Shown one piece after another: positions 10,735 to 20,757 of a stretch of DNA of 64,000 nucleotides (position 1 is the stretch's first letter; each line of letters opens with the position of its first letter). Made by a program: the position numbers and the translations under genes. This stretch comes from a virus (Duplodnaviria; Caudoviricetes). The notes beneath the pieces are model-generated. The model made no database searches. It was given only the letters and a program-made list of their open reading frames with translations, and was not told where the DNA came from. The stretch is from the IMG/VR virus record IMGVR_UViG_3300028833_000087, positions 57,434 to 121,433 of that record. The stretch is one strand, 5' to 3'.

Positions 10735-11235
10735 TGATAGGTGGATAGTCATACGGATCCACATTAACTATCCATGCAGCCGAAGCAACAAGTTTCGGAA
10801 CACAGTCGTATCTGGCTACGCAAGCGACGATAAATAAATCAAGTGTAGAAGATGACTCGTCGAACCATATCGCGAGTATAAAAATACATGGTTAAGAATG
10901 GCTTCTAACTTGTAAAAGAAGAATGCAATTTATATTGCATGACTTAGAGCCCGAGCAAAGCTCGTTAAACAATACTCGTAACAGGGTCCTGAATGCGAGT
11001 ATAAATAATATTTGGGTTGTAGCAAGGCTTGAGCTAGCGTAAAAACCAGAGAGCTACACGCTGCTGTAGTAGACCATCGCGTGTATAAATAAATAGAGTG
11101 GTCGAAGCCTTTGATTCCGCATGGAGCCCTGGGTCAAAGGAAAGCCAAGGAGAAAAAAGGGCTCCGTTTTAACAACAGGGCAAAAGAACAACGGGCTAGT
11201 GTAATACTAGCCCGCCCGTAATGGGTTTTATTTTT
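10735..11235 (+). ncRNA. Large structured ncRNA with four repeated pseudoknot modules
   Basis: No ORF, GC-richer than flanks, promoter motif 10719-10731, terminator 11192-11214, many complementary segments. Confidence 0.75.
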
Positions 11236-11678
11236 TATAAGTATTTATAAGGTTCTTCACTTCTACCATCTTTAGTTTCTACAACGATTATACTTCCATC
11301 AAAAAAGCTATAAATCTTAGGATCTAATAAACTGAATCTTGATACATATTTTCTTTTTTCATAATTATCCTGAGGGAATCTTAACACCTCAGCATAATTA
11401 TCACACAGTATAACTTGATGCATATTCTCATAATCTATATCTTGAGATTTTAATTTAAATATATCATAGTATTTATTATTATAAGAATAATGAGTATCAA
11501 TATATGCTTTAGTAGTTATAGGTAATAATTTATAAGTACCATTAAAATTATTAACTGAATTAATTTCATTTGCAATTATAAGCATTTTCTCATCTAAAGT
11601 TCTATATTTATAAAAATTATCCCAATCATTTATAATTTTTATAAGTTCTATTTCAGTATCATTATTTATACAAATCAT
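11235..11678 (-). CDS. Hypothetical protein
   Basis: 147 aa, GAGGAGG SD. Confidence 0.7.
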   Translation of the reverse strand: MICINNDTEIELIKIINDWDNFYKYRTLDEKMLIIANEINSVNNFNGTYKLLPITTKAYIDTHYSYNNKYYDIFKLKSQDIDYENMHQVILCDNYAEVLRFPQDNYEKRKYVSRFSLLDPKIYSFFDGSIIVVETKDGRSEEPYKYL

Positions 11679-11945
11679 CTAAGATACCTCCTCTTTTTAT
11701 TAAGAATGTAAAGCTGTATATTTATAGTTATATATTATAAATATGGAACATATAGTGATTCACCAAAATACTACGCTTACCTCGTAGTCATAACGGGTAC
11801 GATGCACCCGAAGCATCCCCACAGCAAACCTAAGCTAATGGTAAAAATTCTGGCACAGGTATTGGATTCGGCCTGGTTAAATAATAGAATTGTAGGGATA
11901 GGTAAGATCCCACTTCCTAATTATATTAGGAGAAAGGAGGTCGTT

Positions 11946-12965
11946 ATGATAACCTCTACAAATTTTGGTACCGAAAACTTTGCAAAGTCCGCATCAGAAG
12001 TATTGCGGAGCGCTAAATCTGTTGTGTTGTATGTCCACGACGGATTGTTTCATGCTGATGATGTACTGTGTGCTGTTCTGTTCGAGGCACATTATAAAAA
12101 TATCGACAGAAAGGTTATTCGCCGTCGAATGACAATTGATGATATCGAGGAGTTAAAATCACTCGACGATGGCATCACCCGTATTGTCTGTGATACAGGG
12201 TGTCAGGATTTAGTCACAGACAACTTGTTAGTGCTTGATCATCATTCGGATAACAAGTTAACTTACATGAATGGTGTACAGTATGCAGCTGTAGGAAAGT
12301 TTGCTAGCTGCTTACGCTGGGCATTTCCTGATTCCAAGATTGCATCATCAGGCCTGTATAATTTTCAGAAGACAGTGCTCTGGCCAGTTGAAGTTCAGGA
12401 CAATGGTCAGAAAGCTGAGGATCTGAACATCCAACTGTATCCTAATTTATTTAGCTGGATTAGTGTTTTCAACTGCTCATGGAATGAAGATTGGACCGAG
12501 TCTAGTGACAGATTCTTTGAAGCAGTTGAGCTGGCGACTAAAATCCTTGATCGCCAGTTTACAAGATTGGAAGGTCTGGTCGAAGCTTGGGAAATAGTAG
12601 AGAATGAAATTGAATCTCTGAATCCTTCCGAGATACTTGTTCTTGGCAAGTATGTTCCTTGGCAGGAGCCGGTAATTGGATATAATCAGCTACATTGTAA
12701 CCAGATTAAGCTGATTATATTTAAGTCCACCGGAGATCAGTGGAACTGCCAGTGCGTCCCTGTAGCACTTGGTAGTTTTGATACGATAATTAAAGCACCG
12801 GAAGAATGGGGAGGTAAGACAGGAGTTGAGCTTGAAGTCCTGTCTGGTATAGAAGGAGCAGTATTCTGTCACCGTGGACTTTGGCTCACTGTATGGAAAA
12901 CAAAAGACGCTGCTCTTAAAGCTGCAGAATTAATTCTGGATAAAAATTCTACAGAAAGCGAATGA
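11946..12965 (+). CDS. MYG1 (UPF0160) family DHH-like exonuclease; start moved to 11946
   Basis: HDGLFHADD, DHH, GAVFCHRGLW motifs; AAGGAGG SD before 11946. Confidence 0.85.
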   Translation: MITSTNFGTENFAKSASEVLRSAKSVVLYVHDGLFHADDVLCAVLFEAHYKNIDRKVIRRRMTIDDIEELKSLDDGITRIVCDTGCQDLVTDNLLVLDHHSDNKLTYMNGVQYAAVGKFASCLRWAFPDSKIASSGLYNFQKTVLWPVEVQDNGQKAEDLNIQLYPNLFSWISVFNCSWNEDWTESSDRFFEAVELATKILDRQFTRLEGLVEAWEIVENEIESLNPSEILVLGKYVPWQEPVIGYNQLHCNQIKLIIFKSTGDQWNCQCVPVALGSFDTIIKAPEEWGGKTGVELEVLSGIEGAVFCHRGLWLTVWKTKDAALKAAELILDKNSTESE

Positions 12966-13097
12966 AAGCCGCAGTGAAAGGTTAAAATCTGTTATATTAA
13001 ATAAACATCTAGGCTCATTTGCCTGGGTGTTTATTTTTAAGCAAAATCACACATATATAATCTATTAACTTTATTTTTTATTGTAAAGGAGGCTATA

Positions 13098-13808
13098 ATG
13101 ATAACAGTAGGTAGATTTATTATATTAAGTGCAATAGTATTTTCTTTATTATGTCTTGTTATTCTGTATTTTATTTATAAATCAGAATCACCAACACAAA
13201 AAGAACATTCTAAAGCAAAAGAATTTTTATCTAAATTTAATGATATTATATATCAAAAATTAGTAGAAGCTGCAAAGAAATATAATATAGATGAAAAATT
13301 TGATGATTATTTTGCTTTTGAAGATTCAATATTAGAATCTGGATTTATTTTATCTTGGAACTATATAAAGGATAAAGTAAATGAAGATACAGAATTAACT
13401 AAAAAGATTAAATATAAATTATTTAGCACAAGTGATTTTACAATAGACTATATAAGATCAAATATAGTAGTTAAATCTGATATAAGAAAAATAATTAATA
13501 ATATTTGGCTTGAGAAGTTTGAAAGGCGTATCGAGGAATTAGAAGAGGAAGAAGATATTTCTTATGGTATAGATGAAGAAGGAAACAAAGTACCATTAGT
13601 TGGAGATGATTATATCGAAGATGTAGATATGGAAGATATAGAAATAGAATCATCTGAAGACTTTGATTCTGGTATAGAACCTATGCTTCAACAAAAGATT
13701 ATTCCTCCTTCTGAAGCTGAATATGTTACAGAAGTAGATGAAAATGATGAGATTATAATTGATAATAATGGTAGAAAACGTAATAAGAAAAATGGTAGAT
13801 TTGTATAA
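13098..13808 (+). CDS. Hypothetical membrane-anchored protein with acidic C-terminus
   Basis: 236 aa, SD, N-terminal TM. Confidence 0.75.
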   Translation: MITVGRFIILSAIVFSLLCLVILYFIYKSESPTQKEHSKAKEFLSKFNDIIYQKLVEAAKKYNIDEKFDDYFAFEDSILESGFILSWNYIKDKVNEDTELTKKIKYKLFSTSDFTIDYIRSNIVVKSDIRKIINNIWLEKFERRIEELEEEEDISYGIDEEGNKVPLVGDDYIEDVDMEDIEIESSEDFDSGIEPMLQQKIIPPSEAEYVTEVDENDEIIIDNNGRKRNKKNGRFV

Positions 13809-13822
13809 GGAGGATAAATAAT

Positions 13823-14008
13823 ATGGAATTAAGAATAAATGGTAAAATAGTTAGTGATAATAATTCTTTATTACTTACACAATACAAATCAACTGAACCT
13901 TTTATAGCTCAGTCTGATGCTATATATAGAAAGAATCAGGAAGAATATAGAAAGAAGTTAATAGAAGAAATAAATAGAAGAAGTGCTGAAGGAAGTTATG
14001 ATGTTTAA
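13823..14008 (+). CDS. Small hypothetical protein
   Basis: 61 aa, AGGAGG SD. Confidence 0.65.
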   Translation: MELRINGKIVSDNNSLLLTQYKSTEPFIAQSDAIYRKNQEEYRKKLIEEINRRSAEGSYDV

Positions 14009-14055
14009 AAATAAAATACTCCTAGGCTATATAGCCTAGGAGTAAATTTTTCTTT

Positions 14056-14358
14056 TTACTTCAGAGACTCTTTGAAAGCCTTAGCCGGCTTAAACTTAGC
14101 AACCTTCTTAGCAGCGATCTTAATGGTCTCACCAGTGATCGGATTTCGCCCTTCACGAGCAGAACGCTTTACAGCTTCGAAAGAACCAAATCCAGCAATC
14201 TGAATCTTATCACCCTTAGCTACAGTCTTTTTGATTACATCAGCTGTAGTGGTGATTACATCAGATACAGTTGCCTCTGTAAGAGTGTTCTTTCCTGCTT
14301 TCTTGTACTCGGTGTTAACCTTTGCCTGTACTGTCTTTGTGAGTTCTTTTTGAGTCAT
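14056..14358 (-). CDS. hup: HU family DNA-binding protein
   Basis: IAGFGSFEAVKRSAREGRNPITGETIKIAA..KFKPAK. Confidence 0.95.
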   Translation of the reverse strand: MTQKELTKTVQAKVNTEYKKAGKNTLTEATVSDVITTTADVIKKTVAKGDKIQIAGFGSFEAVKRSAREGRNPITGETIKIAAKKVAKFKPAKAFKESLK

Positions 14359-14515
14359 CTCTCGTTCCTCCTTGTGTTTTAAAATGTTTATTGGTTAATA
14401 TTAGCATCATTGCTATATATTAATATGTAGTTATATTGTTAGAATTTAATAAAATATATTTTCATTATATATTATAGATATGACACAATAGTAAATTTAT
14501 TTGGAGGATTATATA

Positions 14516-14824
14516 ATGGACAAAATGAGTGATTATGGCGCAACTTATTATCGAAAGAAAATTTCAGATAAAATTGATTGTAAATTGCTTACAATACCAG
14601 AAACATATTGTTTTGACAAATTTGGTCAATATGGACAAGAATCAAATGAATTTTATAAATATACGAACAGAAATGAGATAGATGAAGAAAATGAAGAATT
14701 TGAAAAATATTCAAAGATAAGAAATTATGTAATGTGCGATAGTGTATCAGAATTTTCAGAAGTTAATTATAGAAATATATCTTCTGATCATAATTGGTGT
14801 GGACAATTATCAGATTATAAATAA
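14516..14824 (+). CDS. KISD-motif family small protein
   Basis: KMSD, KISD, QLSD motifs; GGAGG SD. Confidence 0.65.
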   Translation: MDKMSDYGATYYRKKISDKIDCKLLTIPETYCFDKFGQYGQESNEFYKYTNRNEIDEENEEFEKYSKIRNYVMCDSVSEFSEVNYRNISSDHNWCGQLSDYK

Positions 14825-14838
14825 AGGAGGTTAAGTTT

Positions 14839-15000
14839 ATGGTTATCGAAGATCCTGAAATTATGAACTACATTGAGCATGTAGAACAAATTTATTTTAT
14901 CACTGGAATGTTTTGTGGTATAACAGTAGCAGCTTTAATAATTTTTACAATAATAACTGTATACATTACAAAAAAGATGGACGTTAAGGAGGATAAATAA
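14839..15000 (+). CDS. Small membrane protein (not in ORF track)
   Basis: AAGGAGG SD, 53 aa with one TM helix. Confidence 0.6.
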   Translation: MVIEDPEIMNYIEHVEQIYFITGMFCGITVAALIIFTIITVYITKKMDVKEDK

Positions 15001-15134
15001 TATGGAAAAATCTATTGAAGAATCAAATAAATTATTAAGAATTATTATAATTCTTGAAATTGGCGGTTTAATTATAAACGCAATATCTACAACAGCTTTA
15101 ATGATTTTAATTGGAGAATAAGGAGGATTTATTT

Positions 15135-15608
15135 ATGAAAGAAATCAATATTACAGTATATGAAACTGAAGATGGTAAGAGATTTTATGATAAAGAAAAA
15201 GCTGAAGAATACGAGAAAAAATTTAATGAATCTACTGCTTTGTCTGAAGCTTTAAATAAATTTCGTATAAAAGAAAAAGGACCTCAATATCTTCCTAATG
15301 ATACACCTTCGTTGATGCCAAAAGATTATGATTGGTTTTATGTAGAAAGTGAAGAAGAATATGATGAATTGAATAAATTATTATATAAGATGTATAATGG
15401 AAGATTTCATCAGCAGTTCAGTAGTAGTAAACGAGATATGTTAAAATTTCCGACTTATATTTATTTGTCTCATACTTTTAATAATTTCGGTGCTTTAAGT
15501 ATATTAGAAGAAGAGCATAATAGATATGAAAATAACTGGAAATATTTTTTTAGTTTCTTTAACAATTTAGATGAAAAAAGAGATCACGGTGTATTGGAGG
15601 AAGAATAA
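15135..15608 (+). CDS. Hypothetical protein, paralog of 16281-16769
   Basis: Shared YxTxDGKxF..AEE and WFYVxSEEE motifs. Confidence 0.75.
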   Translation: MKEINITVYETEDGKRFYDKEKAEEYEKKFNESTALSEALNKFRIKEKGPQYLPNDTPSLMPKDYDWFYVESEEEYDELNKLLYKMYNGRFHQQFSSSKRDMLKFPTYIYLSHTFNNFGALSILEEEHNRYENNWKYFFSFFNNLDEKRDHGVLEEE

Positions 15609-15814
15609 TGATTCATGAAACGATAGGAGATAGATTAAAATATCAATTAAAATTACGCAAAATGTCTCAAAGAGAATTTGCAAATAAAATAGGAATTAAT
15701 GAAGTTACGTTGGGAAGATATATAAATGATAAAAGAATTCCGAATGCTGATGTAATTATATCAATATGTAGAACTTTATGTATATCGAGCGATTGGCTTT
15801 TAGGATTAATGTAA
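15608..15814 (+). CDS. XRE family HTH regulator
   Basis: MSQREFANKIGINEVTLGRYINDKRIP...SSDWLLG. Confidence 0.9.
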   Translation: MIHETIGDRLKYQLKLRKMSQREFANKIGINEVTLGRYINDKRIPNADVIISICRTLCISSDWLLGLM

Positions 15815-15827
15815 AGGAGATAGAATA

Positions 15828-16085
15828 ATGTCAGATGGTGATTTTATTGGTATATGTATCGGAATGGTAATATTGGGAATGATAATAGCAGATTTAATAC
15901 GAGTAATAAGAGATTGGAATAATGATAATTCGGAATGGATAATACTTCCTGACGAAAATAATGATGATATTATAAAATCATATACATATATTTGCAGTAA
16001 ATGTCATATGGTAATTAAAGATAAAAATTATAAGCATTGCCCAGGATGCGGACGATTTATGACTAATTATAAGGAGGAAAAATAA
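15828..16085 (+). CDS. TM plus zinc-ribbon small protein
   Basis: CSKC...HCPGCG. Confidence 0.7.
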   Translation: MSDGDFIGICIGMVILGMIIADLIRVIRDWNNDNSEWIILPDENNDDIIKSYTYICSKCHMVIKDKNYKHCPGCGRFMTNYKEEK

Positions 16086-16279
16086 TGTTAGCCGATTTGC
16101 GATATCCAAATATAGGTTTTGTGGATTTTTCTAAATCTGATAATACTGAAAGTTGTACATGTAGTAATTGTAGAGCAGAATATTTTTCAAAAGAATTTAT
16201 AGAAGAGACTTACGGATTTACAGTAGATGAAAGAAAATATCATGAAAAATTTGAAGCTAAGTTAAAGAAAGGAGTATAA
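16085..16279 (+). CDS. Small hypothetical protein
   Basis: 64 aa, translational coupling. Confidence 0.6.
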   Translation: MLADLRYPNIGFVDFSKSDNTESCTCSNCRAEYFSKEFIEETYGFTVDERKYHEKFEAKLKKGV

Positions 16280-16280
16280 T

Positions 16281-16769
16281 ATGAATTCTGATGATATTGA
16301 AGAGATAATTAAAAATGAAACTTATTATAAAACTTCAGATGGAAAAGAATTTTTAAGAAAATATGATGCTGAAGAACACTCTAAAAAATTAAAAGCAAAA
16401 CAAGAATTAGAAAAATATAAAACATTTTTTCTTATCATGGGTTCTGATATTCCTGAAATCTATAGTTTTCTTAATACTTCTTTTACTGAATGGTTTTATG
16501 TAAAATCAGAAGAAGAATTTGAAAAATTATTACAGTTATTAAATATTAGAGATGAAAGATACTATAATGATAAGGTATTACTGAGGGTTCAAATGCAATT
16601 TCCTGATTTTATATATAAAACTCTTTCAAGAGAAAATATGCCCAGTAATAATATTCATAATATCGGTAGTTTATATTGTTTAGAATATCTATTTAATATT
16701 TATAACAATTCTGCTACAAGATTTTTTAATAAAGTTAATAATCTAAAAAAAGCTAAGGAGAAACAATAA
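16281..16769 (+). CDS. Hypothetical protein, paralog of 15135-15608
   Basis: YKTSDGKEF, WFYVKSEEE. Confidence 0.75.
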   Translation: MNSDDIEEIIKNETYYKTSDGKEFLRKYDAEEHSKKLKAKQELEKYKTFFLIMGSDIPEIYSFLNTSFTEWFYVKSEEEFEKLLQLLNIRDERYYNDKVLLRVQMQFPDFIYKTLSRENMPSNNIHNIGSLYCLEYLFNIYNNSATRFFNKVNNLKKAKEKQ

Positions 16770-17152
16770 TGAAAGTATTTATATCACAGCCTATGAGCAG
16801 TAGAACAGATGAAGAAGTTTTTGAAATGAGAAGAAGATTAAAGCATCATATGATATTACATTGTCTGAATAAATATAAACCTGACGAGATAGAATTTTTA
16901 TCTACATATGATGATCAATATAATCTTAATCTTACCAAAGAAGATTTAGAAGGTAAGAAAGAAAATATATTCAGATTGGGACATGCTATTCAGTTATTAG
17001 CTGAAGCCGATTTTGTAATATTTGCTCCTGACTTTTATACATCAAGAGGCTGTAAAACTGAATATAAAATCTGCAGTTTATATAATATTCCTTTTTATGT
17101 AGCGTCAAATTTAAATGGAGAAAATAATGAGTCTCAAATCAACAAAAATTAA
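16769..17152 (+). CDS. DUF4406 / nucleoside deoxyribosyltransferase-like protein
   Basis: KVFISQPM...ADFVIF...SRGCKTEY. Confidence 0.75.
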   Translation: MKVFISQPMSSRTDEEVFEMRRRLKHHMILHCLNKYKPDEIEFLSTYDDQYNLNLTKEDLEGKKENIFRLGHAIQLLAEADFVIFAPDFYTSRGCKTEYKICSLYNIPFYVASNLNGENNESQINKN

Positions 17153-17375
17153 TATAAATACATTAGCGTATAGAAATAAAGTCTTTCTATACGCTAATTT
17201 ATTAAGTTTTCGTAGTATTTATAAAAGGAATAGGGAAGTTACTACTATAAAAACAGATAACAATAGAGAATATGTAATTTATAGAATGTCAGGCGTATAT
17301 AAAGCTACTATTTATCCAAAAATCTCATCTTATATAGGTTCAATAAACAAATTATCAGATAAAAATGGTGGTTAA
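17127..17375 (+). CDS. KISD-motif family small basic protein
   Basis: KISS, KLSD. Confidence 0.6.
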   Translation: MSLKSTKININTLAYRNKVFLYANLLSFRSIYKRNREVTTIKTDNNREYVIYRMSGVYKATIYPKISSYIGSINKLSDKNGG

Positions 17376-17378
17376 TAA

Positions 17379-17711
17379 ATGGAAATAAAATTTAGTTTGC
17401 AAGATCATATGAAGTATTTATGCGATTTAAAGATGTCTATGTATAATAAGTTTAGACTTGGGAGAAGATATAAAATATCTAATTGTAAATATAAAGCAAA
17501 CGGTGTATATGAATATGCAAATACAAAACCTGCAATTAAAACAGATAGTAGTACAAAATATGTATTATTTAATAATTCTAAAATAAGTAGTACTTATCAG
17601 AAAAAATATAAACGAATAAGTGGTTTTAATGATAAACTTGAATCTTTTACTGATGTAGCTTATAGACCTTATTTTTATGCAGAAGAAGATGAAGAATGGA
17701 ATGATAAATAA
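17379..17711 (+). CDS. KISD-motif family protein
   Basis: KISN, KISS, RISG; acidic Trp tail. Confidence 0.65.
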   Translation: MEIKFSLQDHMKYLCDLKMSMYNKFRLGRRYKISNCKYKANGVYEYANTKPAIKTDSSTKYVLFNNSKISSTYQKKYKRISGFNDKLESFTDVAYRPYFYAEEDEEWNDK

Positions 17712-17734
17712 CTTGTAATCAGAAAGGCATAGAT

Positions 17735-18115
17735 ATGAATAATCGAAAAATAAGTGATCATAATAAAATATATAAACATAAATTATCTAATATTCCACCA
17801 AATTATAATTCTATAACTCTTGAATGGGATGATGAATTCGATGGTCAGGTATATAGATGGAGTGGTCCAAATGCTAGGGCTTTCTGTTATTTTGCTGTAG
17901 AAAAATATAATAGAAAAGGTTATTCGTATAACTATGCAACAAAAAGAAAATCATATGCTTATAGAACTATGAGTGAATGGATAAATGATAAAAATATTTT
18001 TAGCAAAATATCAGATTATATATTAAACTGGGCTAAACGATTTAGCGTTGAAGGTGTATATTCATCAAATGATGAATATGAAGAAGATGAGGATTGGGAG
18101 TGGGATGATGAGTGA
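17735..18115 (+). CDS. KISD-motif family protein
   Basis: KISD twice; shares EKYN..YN..TK..SYAYR with next gene. Confidence 0.7.
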   Translation: MNNRKISDHNKIYKHKLSNIPPNYNSITLEWDDEFDGQVYRWSGPNARAFCYFAVEKYNRKGYSYNYATKRKSYAYRTMSEWINDKNIFSKISDYILNWAKRFSVEGVYSSNDEYEEDEDWEWDDE

Positions 18116-18470
18116 TTTTGATAAAATTAGCGATTTCTTCGGAGATCATAGACCAAAATTATTTTATCATAATTATAGAAAAAAATCTATATCTATGGTG
18201 TATAATACTGGAGGAGGATTTAGAGAACCTAGAGAAAATATAATGCCTAATAAATATTTTACAGAGGTTGCAAATGAAAAATATAATGAATGTATGACTG
18301 GTGGATGTCATTATAATGAAATAACTAAAAAAGTTTCTTATGCATATAGACGAATAAGCGAATTTATATTAGTTTGTGGTCATGTGAGAACTGGTAAAAA
18401 TAAAATAAGTTCATTTATCAATAAAAATAATAAATTTTGTAAATCAAGTCCGAGGGTTGAAAATGGATAA
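18105..18470 (+). CDS. KISD-motif family protein
   Basis: KISD, RISE, KISS. Confidence 0.7.
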   Translation: MMSDFDKISDFFGDHRPKLFYHNYRKKSISMVYNTGGGFREPRENIMPNKYFTEVANEKYNECMTGGCHYNEITKKVSYAYRRISEFILVCGHVRTGKNKISSFINKNNKFCKSSPRVENG

Positions 18471-18837
18471 TAAAGAACCAACTACATCTGATCTTCTTAA
18501 GAATTTTAATAGCTATAAATTTTCAAAAATTACATACTATCAGGTTCAATCTCATAAAAAGTTATCTGATAAAATACGTAGAGGAAAATGTGAATGTATT
18601 AGAGATGTATCTCTTGCATCTAAAAAGTCTTTAATATTATATAAAATAAAAAGTGCTATAGAAAATGCTTCTGATAATATTTTCTTTGATAAAAAAGAAA
18701 TTAAATTATTATATAGAAAAATATCTAGTGTTAAAAGCAATAATCTAAAAATATCTACTGAAGCTGTATGGAAATCTAGACGTATTATTTCTGATTATAA
18801 TTTATGCAGCGAGGAATACTATTATGAAGAAGATTAG
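18463..18837 (+). CDS. KISD-motif family protein
   Basis: KLSD, KISS, KIST, IISD. Confidence 0.65.
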   Translation: MDNKEPTTSDLLKNFNSYKFSKITYYQVQSHKKLSDKIRRGKCECIRDVSLASKKSLILYKIKSAIENASDNIFFDKKEIKLLYRKISSVKSNNLKISTEAVWKSRRIISDYNLCSEEYYYEED

Positions 18838-19120
18838 CGATTATAATACTGGATATTGTAAATGTCTTAAAAATTTTTATTCTTTTAATAAAAATCATAG
18901 GTTTGCATTAGCTAGATCTGATAAAAATAGTTATGTTAAGAGTTTACGAGATATAATAAGTCCATTAATATTATATAAATTTCGTGAAAAGCTTATTGAT
19001 AAATGCTGCAAAAGATATAAAATGTATTTGGAAAGCATTATATCTCGTAAATGTTTTTCTGTAGAAGCTAAATATAAAGATGATTTAGAAGAAGAGGTAT
19101 GGGATGATGAAGAAGATTAG
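18824..19120 (+). CDS. KISD-motif family protein
   Basis: MKKISD; shares I.RKC.S...YK.DL.E with next gene. Confidence 0.65.
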   Translation: MKKISDYNTGYCKCLKNFYSFNKNHRFALARSDKNSYVKSLRDIISPLILYKFREKLIDKCCKRYKMYLESIISRKCFSVEAKYKDDLEEEVWDDEED

Positions 19121-19412
19121 TGATTGGAACTGTCCCTGGCATAAACAAATTCTACTAAAAACTTCTGTCTTAGTAAAAACTTATAGAATATTTTCCAAGA
19201 AAAGTCATCTTAGTAGAAAAAATACATTAAGGAAAATTATAAATGATAATTTTATTGCATATAAATATAATAATATATCGAATATCAGTAAAATATCAGA
19301 CTGTTCAAATCAATATAATAGACATAAAAGAATAACTTCTGAAGCTGTTATAACTCGTAAATGTATTTCTCTAAAAGTTTATTATAAGGGCGATTTATTA
19401 GAGGAGAATTAG
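19104..19412 (+). CDS. KISD-motif family protein
   Basis: MMKKISD, KISD. Confidence 0.65.
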   Translation: MMKKISDWNCPWHKQILLKTSVLVKTYRIFSKKSHLSRKNTLRKIINDNFIAYKYNNISNISKISDCSNQYNRHKRITSEAVITRKCISLKVYYKGDLLEEN

Positions 19413-19413
19413 A

Positions 19414-19725
19414 ATGATGAGAAATAAATATTTTTATTAAAAAATAACTAAATATTCTAATTATCGTGATAATAAATCTATCAATCAGGTAGTTTATTTT
19501 GGTCATGGTGGTGCTGGTAAATTAAGTGATTTTAAATTATTTAAAAAATTTAAAAATTATGCCGATAATTGTAATCGTACATTTGAAGTTTTTTATAATA
19601 TTAATGGAAAAGACTATCATAAAGCTATGAGTGGATATGTTAATAAATTATATACAATATCAGAACAGCAATTTTTAATAAAGAATAAGAAAATTAAATT
19701 TTCAGAATTTTATGAGGAAAATTGA
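19414..19725 (+). pseudogene. KISD-family member with premature in-frame TAA (19438-19440)
   Basis: GAGGAG SD, ATG 19414, stop at codon 9, same frame then open for about 95 codons with KLSD/TISE/KFSE. Confidence 0.6.
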
Positions 19726-19727
19726 GC

Positions 19728-20028
19728 ATGGTAATAGGAAGACCAAAAAAAGATTAGCCAATTTATAAAATCAAGCACGATTTGTTTTTCAAAATACAGA
19801 AATAGAAAATATAATATTAGGCATCGGAAATTAAAAGAGCATCCAGGGTTTGATGATCAAATAGATTTTCCTCCTACATATAAACGAATATCAGAAGCTA
19901 AACTTGATAATGTTATATTTTCTATTGAAGCATATATTGAAAAATCTTCGTTGTCTAGATATAGATACGAAAGATATCATGGTAATAAATTTTCTAGTAT
20001 GGTAAATTGTACTATAGGAGTTAAATAA
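19728..20028 (+). pseudogene. KISD-family member frameshifted in an A7 run (19745-19751)
   Basis: Removing one A gives MVIGRPKKISQ... open to TAA 20026-20028. Confidence 0.6.
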
Positions 20029-20393
20029 TGCAAAAACTAAACAATATAAGTAGTGCTATTTTTAATAATTCTTATTATCATAACAAATTGTCTTTACATA
20101 GTTTATCTAATAAATTTGGTGTAAATGCAAAGTATGGTGGTAATTATGATAATTATCGTACAATGATGAAAGCTAAATTCGCTGAAGAAGAATATGAAGC
20201 TATATATCATGATAGACATAAGTATGATAGATTAAAAGATTATAAGAATCTTCTCTATTGTATTAGTGATTATGGAGAACGATTTTATAAAATCGAGAAA
20301 ATGACATATTATACCAAATCTATTGTATATTGTGAAATATTAAAGTTATCATATTATGCTGCAAGAGCTAAAAGAAAAGCTAGGAGAGAATAA
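20028..20393 (+). CDS. KISD-like family protein
   Basis: 121 aa, NISS, CISD. Confidence 0.65.
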   Translation: MQKLNNISSAIFNNSYYHNKLSLHSLSNKFGVNAKYGGNYDNYRTMMKAKFAEEEYEAIYHDRHKYDRLKDYKNLLYCISDYGERFYKIEKMTYYTKSIVYCEILKLSYYAARAKRKARRE

Positions 20394-20394
20394 T

Positions 20395-20757
20395 ATGAAA
20401 GTCAGTGATTATCAAAGATATGCTAGAAATAAAAAGAAAATAACTATTGAAGCTAAATCATCTAAATGCATATTTAATGATATCTCTAATAAATATATTT
20501 GTATATCTGATCATATTAATAATCCTATAAATAGAGACATCAATAAAGCTATAGAAAATATGAAAAAATCTATTATAAATTCATATTTTGGGATTGATGC
20601 AATTCCTCAAAAAATTATGATTCCTTTGTATAAAATTAATTCTAAAAATATAAAGCGAATATCAGAATCTAAAGGTGATAAACTATTTAAAATATCTAAT
20701 ACATATTGTAAACAGTTTAAACTTAGTAGAATAGGGAGATCATATGAAAATAAGTAA
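20395..20757 (+). CDS. KISD-motif family protein with PolB motif B-like peptide
   Basis: MKVSD, RISE, KISN; KSIINSYFG. Confidence 0.65.
   Translation: MKVSDYQRYARNKKKITIEAKSSKCIFNDISNKYICISDHINNPINRDINKAIENMKKSIINSYFGIDAIPQKIMIPLYKINSKNIKRISESKGDKLFKISNTYCKQFKLSRIGRSYENK

Noticed and set aside
10735-11235. tmRNA (also has four pseudoknots) or RNase P RNA
   Set aside because: No GGGG 5' end, T arm or CCA tRNA-like domain, no tag ORF, no RNase P P4 consensus seen
11802-11945. 48-codon N-terminal extension of the MYG1 ORF
   Set aside because: Strong SD precedes ATG 11946; the upstream part is structured leader
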